Below are positions 17,230 to 26,529 of a stretch of DNA of 52,405 nt, in pieces. The first letter of the stretch is position 1. Every line of letters starts with the position of its first letter. A program made the translations under genes and the position numbers. The DNA is from Syntrophomonadaceae bacterium (GTDB lineage Bacteria > Bacillota > Dethiobacteria > DTU022), in assembly GCA_003550645.1 (NCBI GenBank), contig PUKV01000040.1:1-52405 (forward strand). Direction: 5' to 3'. The notes beneath the pieces are model-generated. The model was given only the letters and a program-made list of their open reading frames with translations. It ran no database searches and had not been told where the DNA came from.

Positions 17230-18015
17230 TTAGACCTCCCTTTCCAACTTGTTGCGCATTAATGTGAATAAATAACTGATGATCTGTTCCTGGATCTCTG
17301 GATCGATGTTCATAAAACTTACCCCGGCCCGGTACCTTTTCCAGCCCCCAATATTTAGGGGCGCCACCCTTACCACTTTTCCCTCCAGCAACAGTAATTG
17401 CTGTTTGCCTTTTTCACCGATATAGGTTGTAATCAGGAGCCGGTCATACCTGGCTAATGGTTCAAGGCTGACCATTCTCAACCCACCGCCCGACATATCC
17501 AGGGAAAAAGCCGGTTTAATGGGGGCCGCAGCTTCCAGCTCTTTCAGGTAATCCCTCATCCATATTGGATCTTCCCAGAAATCCTTGGACTGGAGCATGG
17601 TTTCCGGAAATATACCGTTAACCGGTTTTAATTCATCCCAGCGCCAGTAATGAAGATCCTGGTGGCAGGGGACCCGGACATGGCCGCGCCGCTGATGGCG
17701 ATGGGCAGTATGAGGGCGCTTAACCAGATACCTGGTTACGGATCCCTCTTTTTTGGCTCCAACAACCCGGGAAGTAAAAAAGTAAACGGCGTCCTCTTTA
17801 TTCAGGTAAAACTGCCAGCTGCTGTGGTCTGGCATCTCCAGGGTTTTTCCTCCTGAAAGAGGCTCACTGATCATCATCTCCTCTTTATCCAGGTCGAGAA
17901 CTTTAGCCGTGTAATATTCTTGTTCCGGCTCATGGTAAACCTGAAGCCGATCCTCCACCCCCAGCTTTTTAAACATGTCCGCTGCAGTCCTCCTCTTCCA
18001 GTAAAAACTAATCAT
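17230..18015 (-). CDS. PilZ-domain protein, YcgR/MotI-like candidate flagellar brake (c-di-GMP receptor)
   Basis: 261 aa. RRxxxR motif (QRRGHVRV) and DxSxxG motif (LDMSGGGLRM). It lies between flhG and fliA, as in many Firmicute flagellar loci. Confidence 0.8.
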   Translation of the reverse strand: MISFYWKRRTAADMFKKLGVEDRLQVYHEPEQEYYTAKVLDLDKEEMMISEPLSGGKTLEMPDHSSWQFYLNKEDAVYFFTSRVVGAKKEGSVTRYLVKRPHTAHRHQRRGHVRVPCHQDLHYWRWDELKPVNGIFPETMLQSKDFWEDPIWMRDYLKELEAAAPIKPAFSLDMSGGGLRMVSLEPLARYDRLLITTYIGEKGKQQLLLLEGKVVRVAPLNIGGWKRYRAGVSFMNIDPEIQEQIISYLFTLMRNKLEREV

Positions 18016-18920
18016 TGTTTTCTCAGCCGGTCTATAAAACCGGCAATTCCCCTTGTCGATGGCATTTCAGCTTCCCCATTTGCAGCTATACGCCAGGCAA
18101 TTCTGCTCAAAGCTGTAGAGGCGGCACTATTGGGGTGGCTGATTACAAAAGGGCAAAAATTATGAACAGCACTGCTTACCACCGGATCATAGCGTACATC
18201 ACCCAGGTAATTCAGCTCCATGGCAGGCAGGTAGTTTTCCACAACCCGGTGCAGTCCGTTGTATATTTTTTGCCCCTGGCTTACACCCCGGGTCAGGTTA
18301 ACTACCACATGGCTTTTTTTCTTATAGCCCCTCTCAGAAATCACTTTCAGCATACTGTAAGCATCAGTGAGGGCTGTAGGCTCAGGGGTAGTGACCAGGA
18401 TAAAATCATCCGCAGCGCCGACAAAGCTAACCACATTACGTGATATACCGGCCGAAGTATCTATTAATATAAAATCGCCCTCTTCTTCAAGTTCTCCGAA
18501 CTGCTCCAGCAGGGTTGTCCTTTTAACCCGGTCCAGGTTGGCCAGGTCAAAAAGGCCGCTGCCCCCGGGAACAATTTTCAGGTCCAGCGGACCCTTGATT
18601 ATGATCTCCTGCAAATTTTTCGATCCATTTACTACATCGGCCAGGTTATATTTGGGAACAGTGTTGATCATTACATCAATATTGGCCAGACCCAGGTCGG
18701 CATCAATAATAACCACCCGGCAGCCAATCCTGGTTAGCGCCAGGCCCAGGTTTACAACAAGGCTGGTTTTCCCTACACCACCCTTGCCGCTGGCCACAGT
18801 AAACACCCGTGCATGCCTGCCTGAATCCCGGAAACCCGGAAGGCTATTTTCCCTTTCCCTGGCCTGGAAGGTGGCTCTTAGTTTTTCTGCCTGGTCTGTC
18901 ATAATCATCCTGTCCTCCAT
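18012..18920 (-). CDS. flhG: Flagellar number regulator FlhG (MinD/ParA-type ATPase, YlxH/FleN)
   Basis: 302 aa. Deviant Walker A SGKGGVGKTS and DADLGLAN; directly downstream of flhF. Confidence 0.88.
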   Translation of the reverse strand: MEDRMIMTDQAEKLRATFQARERENSLPGFRDSGRHARVFTVASGKGGVGKTSLVVNLGLALTRIGCRVVIIDADLGLANIDVMINTVPKYNLADVVNGSKNLQEIIIKGPLDLKIVPGGSGLFDLANLDRVKRTTLLEQFGELEEEGDFILIDTSAGISRNVVSFVGAADDFILVTTPEPTALTDAYSMLKVISERGYKKKSHVVVNLTRGVSQGQKIYNGLHRVVENYLPAMELNYLGDVRYDPVVSSAVHNFCPFVISHPNSAASTALSRIAWRIAANGEAEMPSTRGIAGFIDRLRKQ

Positions 18921-20020
18921 AATAAACCGGCTACATCAAGTTCGGAAGCAAGCTTTAAATCTTCCGGCACACGCTGGCCATCAGCAAGGTAAACCAGGGG
19001 CATCCTGGTATAATAAGAGCTGTTCATGACCGTACCGTAGGCATTGGTTTCATCAAGCTTGGTAACAACCAGCCGGTTATATTTCAACTTTTTAAAGCTT
19101 TCAGCAATGTAACTCACATCCTGCCTGCGCGTAGTAGCGCTGATAACCAGGTGGATATCGGCAGGCAAAAGCATGTCAATATAAGATACTAAATCTTCAA
19201 GCTGATCTTTATTGCCCGTTGAGCGCCCGGCAGTATCTACCAGGATCCTGTCGCATTCCTCCAGGCGCATCATCACTTTAAATAAATCCTGGGGCGCCAT
19301 AACCACTTCAAGGGGCAGCTCCATGATTTCCGAATAAGCCCGCAGTTGATCAACAGCTCCAATCCTGTAATGATCGATGGTGATTAAACCAACCTTTTCA
19401 TTATCCTGCAGTGACAGGCGGGCGGCCAGCTTGGCCAGGGTCGTGGTTTTTCCGACTCCCGTAGGTCCTATGAACACCTGGGTCCTGGAATTACAGCCGT
19501 TAGTGCAAATAATCTTGCCGGCTGCTTTTTCCTTAAGGATATCAGCCATTTTCGCATGGCTCATCCGGCCGGGACCGGCGGCATCGGATTCGGCTTCTAC
19601 AAAGATTTCTTCCAGCAGGGCCGGATCAAGGTCATGGTGCTCGAGGTATGTCCGCCAGTAAGCGGAGCTTTTTTTCCTGGTAACTGTTTTTTCTTTTCCT
19701 TCATCCTGGTCATTTACAGTTGCCACCGCCGATAACTCCATGACCTTGCTTTTTAGGCTTTCCAGTTCTTCAGTTAAAACGGACATTTCTTTATCCTTCT
19801 CGATAAATCTTTGGAGCATAGCCCCGTTATTAAGCGATGCGTCTTTAGGTTTAGTATCCACGGCAGCAATAATTTCCATCTGCCTGGGAGTGAAGAATCC
19901 GCGTATTCCCCTACGCCTAACCCGGCGGCTGTGAAGAATTACCGCATCCCGGCCCAGGTCTTTTTTTACCCTGACCAGCCCTTCTTTCATGTCTGAGGCA
20001 AGATATTTCCTAATCTTCAT
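18905..20020 (-). CDS. flhF: Flagellar biosynthesis SRP-type GTPase FlhF
   Basis: 371 aa. GPTGVGKTTTLAKLAA, DTAGRS and TKLDET motifs. Confidence 0.9.
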   Translation of the reverse strand: MKIRKYLASDMKEGLVRVKKDLGRDAVILHSRRVRRRGIRGFFTPRQMEIIAAVDTKPKDASLNNGAMLQRFIEKDKEMSVLTEELESLKSKVMELSAVATVNDQDEGKEKTVTRKKSSAYWRTYLEHHDLDPALLEEIFVEAESDAAGPGRMSHAKMADILKEKAAGKIICTNGCNSRTQVFIGPTGVGKTTTLAKLAARLSLQDNEKVGLITIDHYRIGAVDQLRAYSEIMELPLEVVMAPQDLFKVMMRLEECDRILVDTAGRSTGNKDQLEDLVSYIDMLLPADIHLVISATTRRQDVSYIAESFKKLKYNRLVVTKLDETNAYGTVMNSSYYTRMPLVYLADGQRVPEDLKLASELDVAGLLWRTG

Positions 20021-22109
20021 TTTCCTTGATCACTCCCACTGCTTCTACTTTAACTTCCGGCAAAACCTCATTGATAGAAAGCACTGCCGGGGGCAGGTGA
20101 AATCGCTCCAACAAACGTTTGAGGGGCAAACGGACTGACGGCGAAGTTAATATGTTCGCGCTCAAACCTTTCTGGGTGAGGTTGTCTACTACCCGGCCAA
20201 TCCCGTCAACCAGGTTCTGGGTAACCGTTGGATCCATAACCGGAAAGCTGCCCTGCTTGGTTGTTTGCACAGACTCGGCAATTTTCTTTTCAAGCTTCGG
20301 ATCGATGGTAATCACCTGCATCCTGCCGTCACCACTTACATGCTGCGCGGTTATTGTCCGCCGTAAAGCCTGCCGGACCGCTTCAGTCAGGGTATCTATA
20401 TCCCTGGTTGCCCGGCCCTGGTCGGCCAATTCTTCCAGGATTGTAACCATATCATGTAGAGGGACCTTTTCCCTGAGCAGGTTTTGCAAAACTTTTTGAA
20501 TCTCACCAATAGACATAATATCGGAAGTCACTTCTTCAACAACAGCCTGGTTGGTTTCTTTCAATGATTCAAGCATTTCTTTAACAGCCTGGCGATCTAA
20601 AAGCTCATGGGCATGACTCTTAATCATTTCACTTAAATGGGTAATCAAGACCGTCGAAGCATCAACTACCGTACAACCCATGGCTTCAGCTCCCGGTTTA
20701 AGCTCTTCAGAAATCCAAACAGCCGGCAGGTTAAAAGTCGGCTCCTGGGTTTCTATACCGTCCAGGTCTTCAGGCAGCTCCCCTTCCGGGTTCAGGGCCA
20801 GGAACAGTCCCGGCCGGACCTGTCCGCGCGCTATCTCATTTCCTTTCAGCTTAAAGCGGTACTCAAACGGACCCAGCTGCAGGTTATCCCGCATCCGGAT
20901 CGGCTGAATGATAATACCCAGTTCATTAACCGCCCTTTTGCGGGCAGCAGTAATCCTTTCCAGCAGGTTGCCACCCCGGGATTCATCCGTCAATTCCACC
21001 AGGTTATAGCCAATTTCAATTTCGAGCAGCTCCACCCTCAAAAGAGAGCGAAAATCTTCCGGTTCGGCCTGGATTTCCGCAGCCTCACTTTCCGCCACAG
21101 CCCTTTCATCCACCTCAACTTGCTTTTTATCCCTGAACAGGACATATGAAAGGACTCCACCTGCAGCAGCAAGCAGGAAAAATGGCAGGGGTGGCAGGCC
21201 GGGGACCAGGCCCAGAGAAAAGAGCAAAACTGAAGCCAGCATGATTACTTTTGGAAAAGCAACCAGCTGTGCGCTCATTTCCTCACCAAAAGAAGCTTCA
21301 GCAGTAGAGCGGGTGACCAGCATACCGGCCGAAGTAGAAATAAGCAGGGCCGGAATCTGGGCCACCAGGCCATCACCTACGGTAAGAATGGTGAAAACAG
21401 ATGCCGCTTCTTCAACGGACATGCCCAGCTGCAGGGCACCGATGCCAAGTCCGCCCAGTATATTGATCAGCACGATAACTATCCCGGCAATCGCATCACC
21501 GCGGACAAACTTGCTGGCACCATCCATAGATCCATAGAAGTCCGCTTCTTTCTGCATCTCCTTACGTTTATTGCGAGCTGTTTCTTCATCAATCAGGCCG
21601 GCGTTGAAGTCGGCATCAATACTCATCTGCTTGCCGGGCAGGGCATCCAGGGTAAAGCGGGCCGCCACTTCGGCTACCCTCCCGGCACCGTTGGTGATTA
21701 CTACAAACTGGACCACAGTGATAATGACAAATACAACCATTCCGACTACGTAATTGCCGGCGACCACAAATTGCCCGAAGGCCTGAATTACCGCCCCGGC
21801 ATTGGCTTCTGAAAGGATCAACCGGGTGGATGAAATATTCAGAGCCAGGCGGAACAGGGTGGCCGTCAGTAAAACCGATGGAAAAATATTCAACTCCCTG
21901 GTATCACTGGAAAAAAGGGTAACCAGGAGCACTACCAGGGCAAAGGCGATGTTGAGAGTAAGCAAAATATCCAGCATCCAGGGCGATATGGGAATGATAA
22001 TAATTACTACCATGGCGATAAAAGCGGCAGCAGCCACAACATCAGAATTGCCCCGGAATAACCTGGCTAAAGAGTTGAAAGATATTTGATTTTGATTGGT
22101 TGCCGCCAT
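20010..22109 (-). CDS. flhA: Flagellar type III export apparatus protein FlhA
   Basis: 699 aa. N-terminal TM domain (ILLTLNIAFALVVLL, SVLLTATLFRLALNISSTRLIL), FVRGDAIAG, and a large cytoplasmic C-terminal domain. Confidence 0.95.
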   Translation of the reverse strand: MAATNQNQISFNSLARLFRGNSDVVAAAAFIAMVVIIIIPISPWMLDILLTLNIAFALVVLLVTLFSSDTRELNIFPSVLLTATLFRLALNISSTRLILSEANAGAVIQAFGQFVVAGNYVVGMVVFVIITVVQFVVITNGAGRVAEVAARFTLDALPGKQMSIDADFNAGLIDEETARNKRKEMQKEADFYGSMDGASKFVRGDAIAGIVIVLINILGGLGIGALQLGMSVEEAASVFTILTVGDGLVAQIPALLISTSAGMLVTRSTAEASFGEEMSAQLVAFPKVIMLASVLLFSLGLVPGLPPLPFFLLAAAGGVLSYVLFRDKKQVEVDERAVAESEAAEIQAEPEDFRSLLRVELLEIEIGYNLVELTDESRGGNLLERITAARKRAVNELGIIIQPIRMRDNLQLGPFEYRFKLKGNEIARGQVRPGLFLALNPEGELPEDLDGIETQEPTFNLPAVWISEELKPGAEAMGCTVVDASTVLITHLSEMIKSHAHELLDRQAVKEMLESLKETNQAVVEEVTSDIMSIGEIQKVLQNLLREKVPLHDMVTILEELADQGRATRDIDTLTEAVRQALRRTITAQHVSGDGRMQVITIDPKLEKKIAESVQTTKQGSFPVMDPTVTQNLVDGIGRVVDNLTQKGLSANILTSPSVRLPLKRLLERFHLPPAVLSINEVLPEVKVEAVGVIKENED

Positions 22110-22141
22110 ATTTTTTCAGACCTCTCTGTCTACATTGTCTT

Positions 22142-23221
22142 TTAAATTATGCTTCTCTTTTCCCGCATCCTGTATACCATTGCCATAATCTCTGCTACCG
22201 CCTGGTAAAGCTCAAAAGGAATTTCTTCCCCGATCTCGGTCTCTTTCCAGAGCATTTGCGCAACCGGAGGGTTTTCTATGATAGCAACATCATTCTCTAC
22301 TGCAATCTCCCTGATTTTACGGGCTAAAACTTCCACTCCCTTGGCCACGACCCGCGGAGCAGAATCCACTCCTTCCCGGTAAACCAGGGCAATCGCTATT
22401 TCAGTTGGGTTGGTAATCACCACATCAGCGCCAGGGACATCCTGCATCATCCTTTCCCGGTCCAGCTGGCGCTGTTTTTCTTTTAACTTGGCCCTAACCA
22501 GCGGGTCACCCTCGAGGTGCTTATGCTCGTCTTTTATCTCTTTACGGCTCATTTTAAGGCTGGTTTTGTATTCATACCGTTGAAATAAATAATCCATGAA
22601 AGCCAGGAAAAGGAACACCACTCCAACCAGGATCCCCAAAAGGGTCATCGTATTCCAAAACACCTGTAAGCTGACAGCTGCGCCCTGGTTGACCAGGAGC
22701 AATAATACATCCAAACGGCTCCTGACAAAGAAAAAGGCTACAGAGCTAATGATCACTATTTTTAAAATCGCTTTAACCATCTCAAACATGGCTTTCTTGG
22801 ACACAATCTTTTTCAAACCTTCCAGGGGATTGAGCCGGTTTAACTGGGGCGCCATCTGCTGGGTCGAAGTTAAAAATCCGACCTGGACCAGGTTGGATGC
22901 AACCCCCAGGATCAAGGCTACAGCGAAAACCGGTGCCATAATGGTAAAGTAACGCATCACCGCTTCCCACATTACCGCCCCGGTATTGTTAAAAGTGAGG
23001 GGCAAAGCAAGCTGGTCACCAATAAATAGTTTTAGAACTTCTTCGATGCCCCTGAATGCTACGGCACTGAATATGAAAAAAAGAATCATCACACCAAGAA
23101 TATTGATTGCCGAGTTAAGCTCCATGCTTTTAAAAACCTGCCCTTTACGGCGCGCTTCTCTCAATCGATGCGGCGTTGGTTCTTCGGTTTTATCTCCACT
23201 TTCCTGAAAGAAAAAGAGCAA
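22142..23221 (-). CDS. flhB: Flagellar type III export switch protein FlhB
   Basis: 359 aa. N-terminal EKTEEPTPHRLREARRKGQV, four TM segments, and the autocleavage region VVITNPTEIAIAL (NPTE where NPTH is canonical). Confidence 0.93.
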   Translation of the reverse strand: MLFFFQESGDKTEEPTPHRLREARRKGQVFKSMELNSAINILGVMILFFIFSAVAFRGIEEVLKLFIGDQLALPLTFNNTGAVMWEAVMRYFTIMAPVFAVALILGVASNLVQVGFLTSTQQMAPQLNRLNPLEGLKKIVSKKAMFEMVKAILKIVIISSVAFFFVRSRLDVLLLLVNQGAAVSLQVFWNTMTLLGILVGVVFLFLAFMDYLFQRYEYKTSLKMSRKEIKDEHKHLEGDPLVRAKLKEKQRQLDRERMMQDVPGADVVITNPTEIAIALVYREGVDSAPRVVAKGVEVLARKIREIAVENDVAIIENPPVAQMLWKETEIGEEIPFELYQAVAEIMAMVYRMREKRSII

Positions 23222-23225
23222 GTTC

Positions 23226-24005
23226 TCACCACCCCTGCATAAACTGCATTAAAGATTGGGTAAAATCTCCGATCAGGCCTTCCCAAACAGTACCAAATAC
23301 GGGTAAAAGCATGGCCAGAAGCAGCATGGAAAAAGTAATCTTCAAAGGCAAACCCAGGATGAATACATGAACCTGCGGCACTGTTTTTGCTATCAAGCCC
23401 AGGGCAATATCAAGGATCATAAGAATAATAATAATCGGGGCCACCAGCTTAAAAGCCAGGGCAAACATGTCCGCAAACAGCCTGATTACACCAGCCACTC
23501 CTGCCTGTTCCATGAAAGGGCCCTCAATGGGAATGATGATATAACTGTCGGCCAGGGCCTGCAGAAAATAGTGATGACCGTTCAGGGTCAGGAAAAATGC
23601 CAGGGCCAGCAGGTAGTAAAAATTGCCCATAAAGGTGACCTGGCTGCCAAACTGCGGATCAAATACACCCGAAAGCATGAGACCGGCTTTTAAATCGGCC
23701 ATTTGACCGGCATTTAAAAAAATTGAAAACATCAGGGTCACCAGGTAGCCGAGAGCCAGCCCGGTTAAAACTTCTTTTCCCAGGAACAGAACCATTTCCA
23801 GGGGTCCCCTGAAATCAAGATCAGGCCTACCCTCCATGGATAAAAATATTAAAAGAGCGATAACCAGGGACAGCCAGATCCTGAGGACCATAGGTATCCC
23901 ATGGTAGTTGAAAAAAGGAAAGAGGAATACAATACCCATCAGCCGGGCCCAGATGAATAAGTAAACCAACCAGTTTTCCAGTTCTAATGGAAAAAACTCT
24001 CCCAA
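23226..24005 (-). CDS. fliR: Flagellar export apparatus protein FliR
   Basis: 259-aa polytopic membrane protein with a TTG start preceded by GGACGGGAG, in the fliPQR context. Confidence 0.9.
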   Translation of the reverse strand: MGEFFPLELENWLVYLFIWARLMGIVFLFPFFNYHGIPMVLRIWLSLVIALLIFLSMEGRPDLDFRGPLEMVLFLGKEVLTGLALGYLVTLMFSIFLNAGQMADLKAGLMLSGVFDPQFGSQVTFMGNFYYLLALAFFLTLNGHHYFLQALADSYIIIPIEGPFMEQAGVAGVIRLFADMFALAFKLVAPIIIILMILDIALGLIAKTVPQVHVFILGLPLKITFSMLLLAMLLPVFGTVWEGLIGDFTQSLMQFMQGW

Positions 24006-24149
24006 GACAGTGCTCCCGTCCGCCGCCTGTTGTGATCTTTATAAGGCCGGCTTGAATAATATTTTTACCGCGCAAAAAAAGCTTCTGTTTCATTTCAGTC
24101 AATTAAACAACAGCATGATATAACTTGTGGACAAATGTTTTCCTTTCAA

Positions 24150-24422
24150 TCAAAGCAATACCAGGCCTTCACTCCACAGCTGAATGGTAAACCGGACCAC
24201 ATTGCTGAAAACCCAGCCGCCAAATATCATTACCGCCAGTAAAACAGCAACAATTTTAGGCACAAAAGCCAGGGTTGGCTCCTGGATCTGGGTGGTGGCC
24301 TGGAGAATACTTACAGTCAGGCCGACCGCAAGCCCTGAGCCAATTATTGGAGCCACCATAAGTAAAATAATTACTATCGCCTGTTGAACAATATTTAACA
24401 AACCATCTGGCGTCATCAGCAC
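24150..24422 (-). CDS. fliQ: Flagellar export apparatus protein FliQ
   Basis: 90 aa with two TM helices (SILQATTQIQEPTLAFVPKI). Confidence 0.9.
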   Translation of the reverse strand: MLMTPDGLLNIVQQAIVIILLMVAPIIGSGLAVGLTVSILQATTQIQEPTLAFVPKIVAVLLAVMIFGGWVFSNVVRFTIQLWSEGLVLL

Positions 24423-24430
24423 AAACTCCT

Positions 24431-25219
24431 TTAATTAAAACTTTCCAGCAGTGAGCTTACCACCAGGTGCCAACCGTCGACCAGGATAAAAAGCAAAAGC
24501 TTAAACGGCATGGACACGATAACCGGTGGCAGCATAAACATACCCATCGACATCAAGGTACTGGCCACCACCATGTCAATAATCAAAAAAGGCACATAAA
24601 GCATAAATCCCATTTGAAAAGCTGTTTTCAACTCGCTGATCACAAATGCAGGCACCAGCACAAACAGGGGTACATCTTCCTGGGTTTCCGGGGCCTCAAT
24701 ATCAGCCATGTTGACAAATAGGGCCAGGTCTTTTTCCCTGGTATGATAAAACATGAATTCCTTCAACGGCTCCGCCCCAACTTCCAGCGCTGTTTCTTGC
24801 TCAATTTCACCGTCAAGGTAGGGCTGAACAGCGGTTTCATTAATAACACTGATAGTGGGCTGCATGACAAAAAAAGTTAGAAACAAGGCCAGGCCAATTA
24901 AAACCTGGTTGGGTGGAATCTGCTGGGTAGCCATGGCGTTACGTGTAAAAGAGAGCACTATGACGATCCTGGTGAAGGAGGTCATCAAAACTACAAAGGC
25001 CGGGGCCAGGGTAAGCAAAGCCATGACCAGCAGCAGCTGCAAAAATCCGACCAGGCTTTCGGGGTCTTCTTCTCCTTCTCCCCCGATTTGCAGTTCTACC
25101 TGGGGTATTTCCAGCGGCTGGGCATGCACTTCTGCCGGGCATATTAAGAGCAGCCCAACAGATAGTATTACCAGCACTATTAAACCTTTTTTTGCAGCCA
25201 GATCCATTAAACCATCCAC
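24431..25219 (-). CDS. fliP: Flagellar export apparatus protein FliP
   Basis: 262 aa with a signal peptide. LTLAPAFVVLMTSFTRIVIVLSFTRNAMATQQIPPNQVLIGLALFLTFFVM and ELKTAFQMGF. Confidence 0.93.
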   Translation of the reverse strand: MDGLMDLAAKKGLIVLVILSVGLLLICPAEVHAQPLEIPQVELQIGGEGEEDPESLVGFLQLLLVMALLTLAPAFVVLMTSFTRIVIVLSFTRNAMATQQIPPNQVLIGLALFLTFFVMQPTISVINETAVQPYLDGEIEQETALEVGAEPLKEFMFYHTREKDLALFVNMADIEAPETQEDVPLFVLVPAFVISELKTAFQMGFMLYVPFLIIDMVVASTLMSMGMFMLPPVIVSMPFKLLLFILVDGWHLVVSSLLESFN

Positions 25220-25228
25220 TCAGCGCCC

Positions 25229-25585
25229 TTAACGAGTGCTGCCTTTCTTAAAATTATCCATTATTTTAGAAAACGGCGTTTTCAAATCAACGGTCCGGGA
25301 AGCAAGGTTATCTTCAACATACTGCAGGTCTTTCCAATCAAAGGTTTTAAGCAGGGTAACGCTTCCCTGCGCAGTCCCAACCAGGTAGATCTCTTTACCC
25401 ACCTGGATCAGGCTGACAGAACTGTTGCTTTTATGATCCAGGGGCACCCGCTCCAAAACTTTCATATATCCACCGTTAATTCCCCTGTAAACAGAACGCA
25501 GTCCATAACGAATGGCCAGGTAAGCCAGCACCACGATTAAGATTAAAAAAAACATTGATTGCAGCAGTAATCCGTATCCACCCAT
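25229..25585 (-). CDS. fliO: Flagellar biosynthesis protein FliO/FliZ
   Basis: 118 aa with a single N-terminal TM helix, immediately upstream of fliP. Confidence 0.6.
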   Translation of the reverse strand: MGGYGLLLQSMFFLILIVVLAYLAIRYGLRSVYRGINGGYMKVLERVPLDHKSNSSVSLIQVGKEIYLVGTAQGSVTLLKTFDWKDLQYVEDNLASRTVDLKTPFSKIMDNFKKGSTR

Positions 25586-25587
25586 AT

Positions 25588-25995
25588 TTAACCCTCTTTT
25601 CCGGAGCCGGAATCATTTTCATTGTCTTCCTCACCAACAAGCTCGGTGATTCGAACCCCAAAACGATCATTAATTACTACTATCTCACCATGCGCAAAAG
25701 GCATTTCATTAACCAGGATAATTACCTTCTCATCAGCCACCCGGTTCAACTTGAGCACAGAGCCTTCTTCAAGGTTGATCAAATCACGTACTTTTAGCGT
25801 TACTTTTCCCAATTCTGCGCTAATATTAAGGTTCACCCCGTGGAACTCAGGGGCTATACCCCTTCTAAGCGATACCGGTCCGCTGTCTGACAGCGGTTGA
25901 AAAACCACCTTCTTAATCACCGGTTGACCTTGATCATCAAAATGATCATTCCCAGAAAAAGGTTTTTGCTCTTCCCAATAGCTGCTTGACATCAA
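25588..25995 (-). CDS. Second FliN-like SpoA-domain protein, located between fliL and fliO
   Basis: 135 aa. SpoA core LNISAELGKVTLKVRDLINLEEGSVLKLNRVADEKVIILVNEMPFAHGEIVVINDRFGVRITELV. Confidence 0.75.
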   Translation of the reverse strand: MMSSSYWEEQKPFSGNDHFDDQGQPVIKKVVFQPLSDSGPVSLRRGIAPEFHGVNLNISAELGKVTLKVRDLINLEEGSVLKLNRVADEKVIILVNEMPFAHGEIVVINDRFGVRITELVGEEDNENDSGSGKEG

Positions 25996-26008
25996 AAAAC
26001 TCCTTTAC

Positions 26009-26515
26009 TTACTGAAAGATGAACTCTTTATAATAGATTGCTTTCACTTCACCCGATTCCAGGCGATCATTCAGCATTTCTATAAGCTCTGCTTCTAAGT
26101 CTTTCATGCCACCAGGCTCTTCAAGATCATCAATATATTTGCTGCGTAGAATCGAAATCATTTCAGATCGAAGCTCGGGTTCTCTTTCCTCTATTTCCCT
26201 GGTTAAACCCCTGTCATCATAAGCCAGATCGAAAGTAGTCCTCAAAAACCTTCTTGTCCCTGAATCAGCCAGGTTAACCTGGAACTCTGCCATTGAATAG
26301 CTGTAGCGCGGCAAAGCTTCCGCCTCTTCACCATCCACATGTCCCAAAAAAGGTATTTCGTCGCCCAGGAAGAAATATGCCGCTGCCCCACCTATAAGCA
26401 GGAGAGGAACAAAGATTAATAATATTTTTAACAAGGGGCGTTTCTTTTTCCCTTTGCCTTCATCTTGACCTGAACCAGGCTTTTTTTCTTCTTTATCCTT
26501 TACTGCCAATTGCAA
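26009..26515 (-). CDS. fliL: Flagellar basal body-associated protein FliL
   Basis: 168 aa. Lys-rich N-terminus, one TM helix, and FQVNLADSG..RFLRTTFDLAYDD, typical of FliL. Confidence 0.8.
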   Translation of the reverse strand: MQLAVKDKEEKKPGSGQDEGKGKKKRPLLKILLIFVPLLLIGGAAAYFFLGDEIPFLGHVDGEEAEALPRYSYSMAEFQVNLADSGTRRFLRTTFDLAYDDRGLTREIEEREPELRSEMISILRSKYIDDLEEPGGMKDLEAELIEMLNDRLESGEVKAIYYKEFIFQ

Positions 26516-26529
26516 TCCACCTCCTGCAA

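Noticed and set aside
23827-24102. 91-aa ORF spanning the fliQ-fliR spacer and overlapping the fliR start; possible frameshifted N-terminal extension of FliR
   Set aside because: FliR as called (TTG at 24005 with GGACGGGAG upstream) already has a typical full-length N-terminus. The overlapping ORF is in another frame with a basic, low-complexity translation. The 144-nt spacer shows no clear promoter, terminator or structure.
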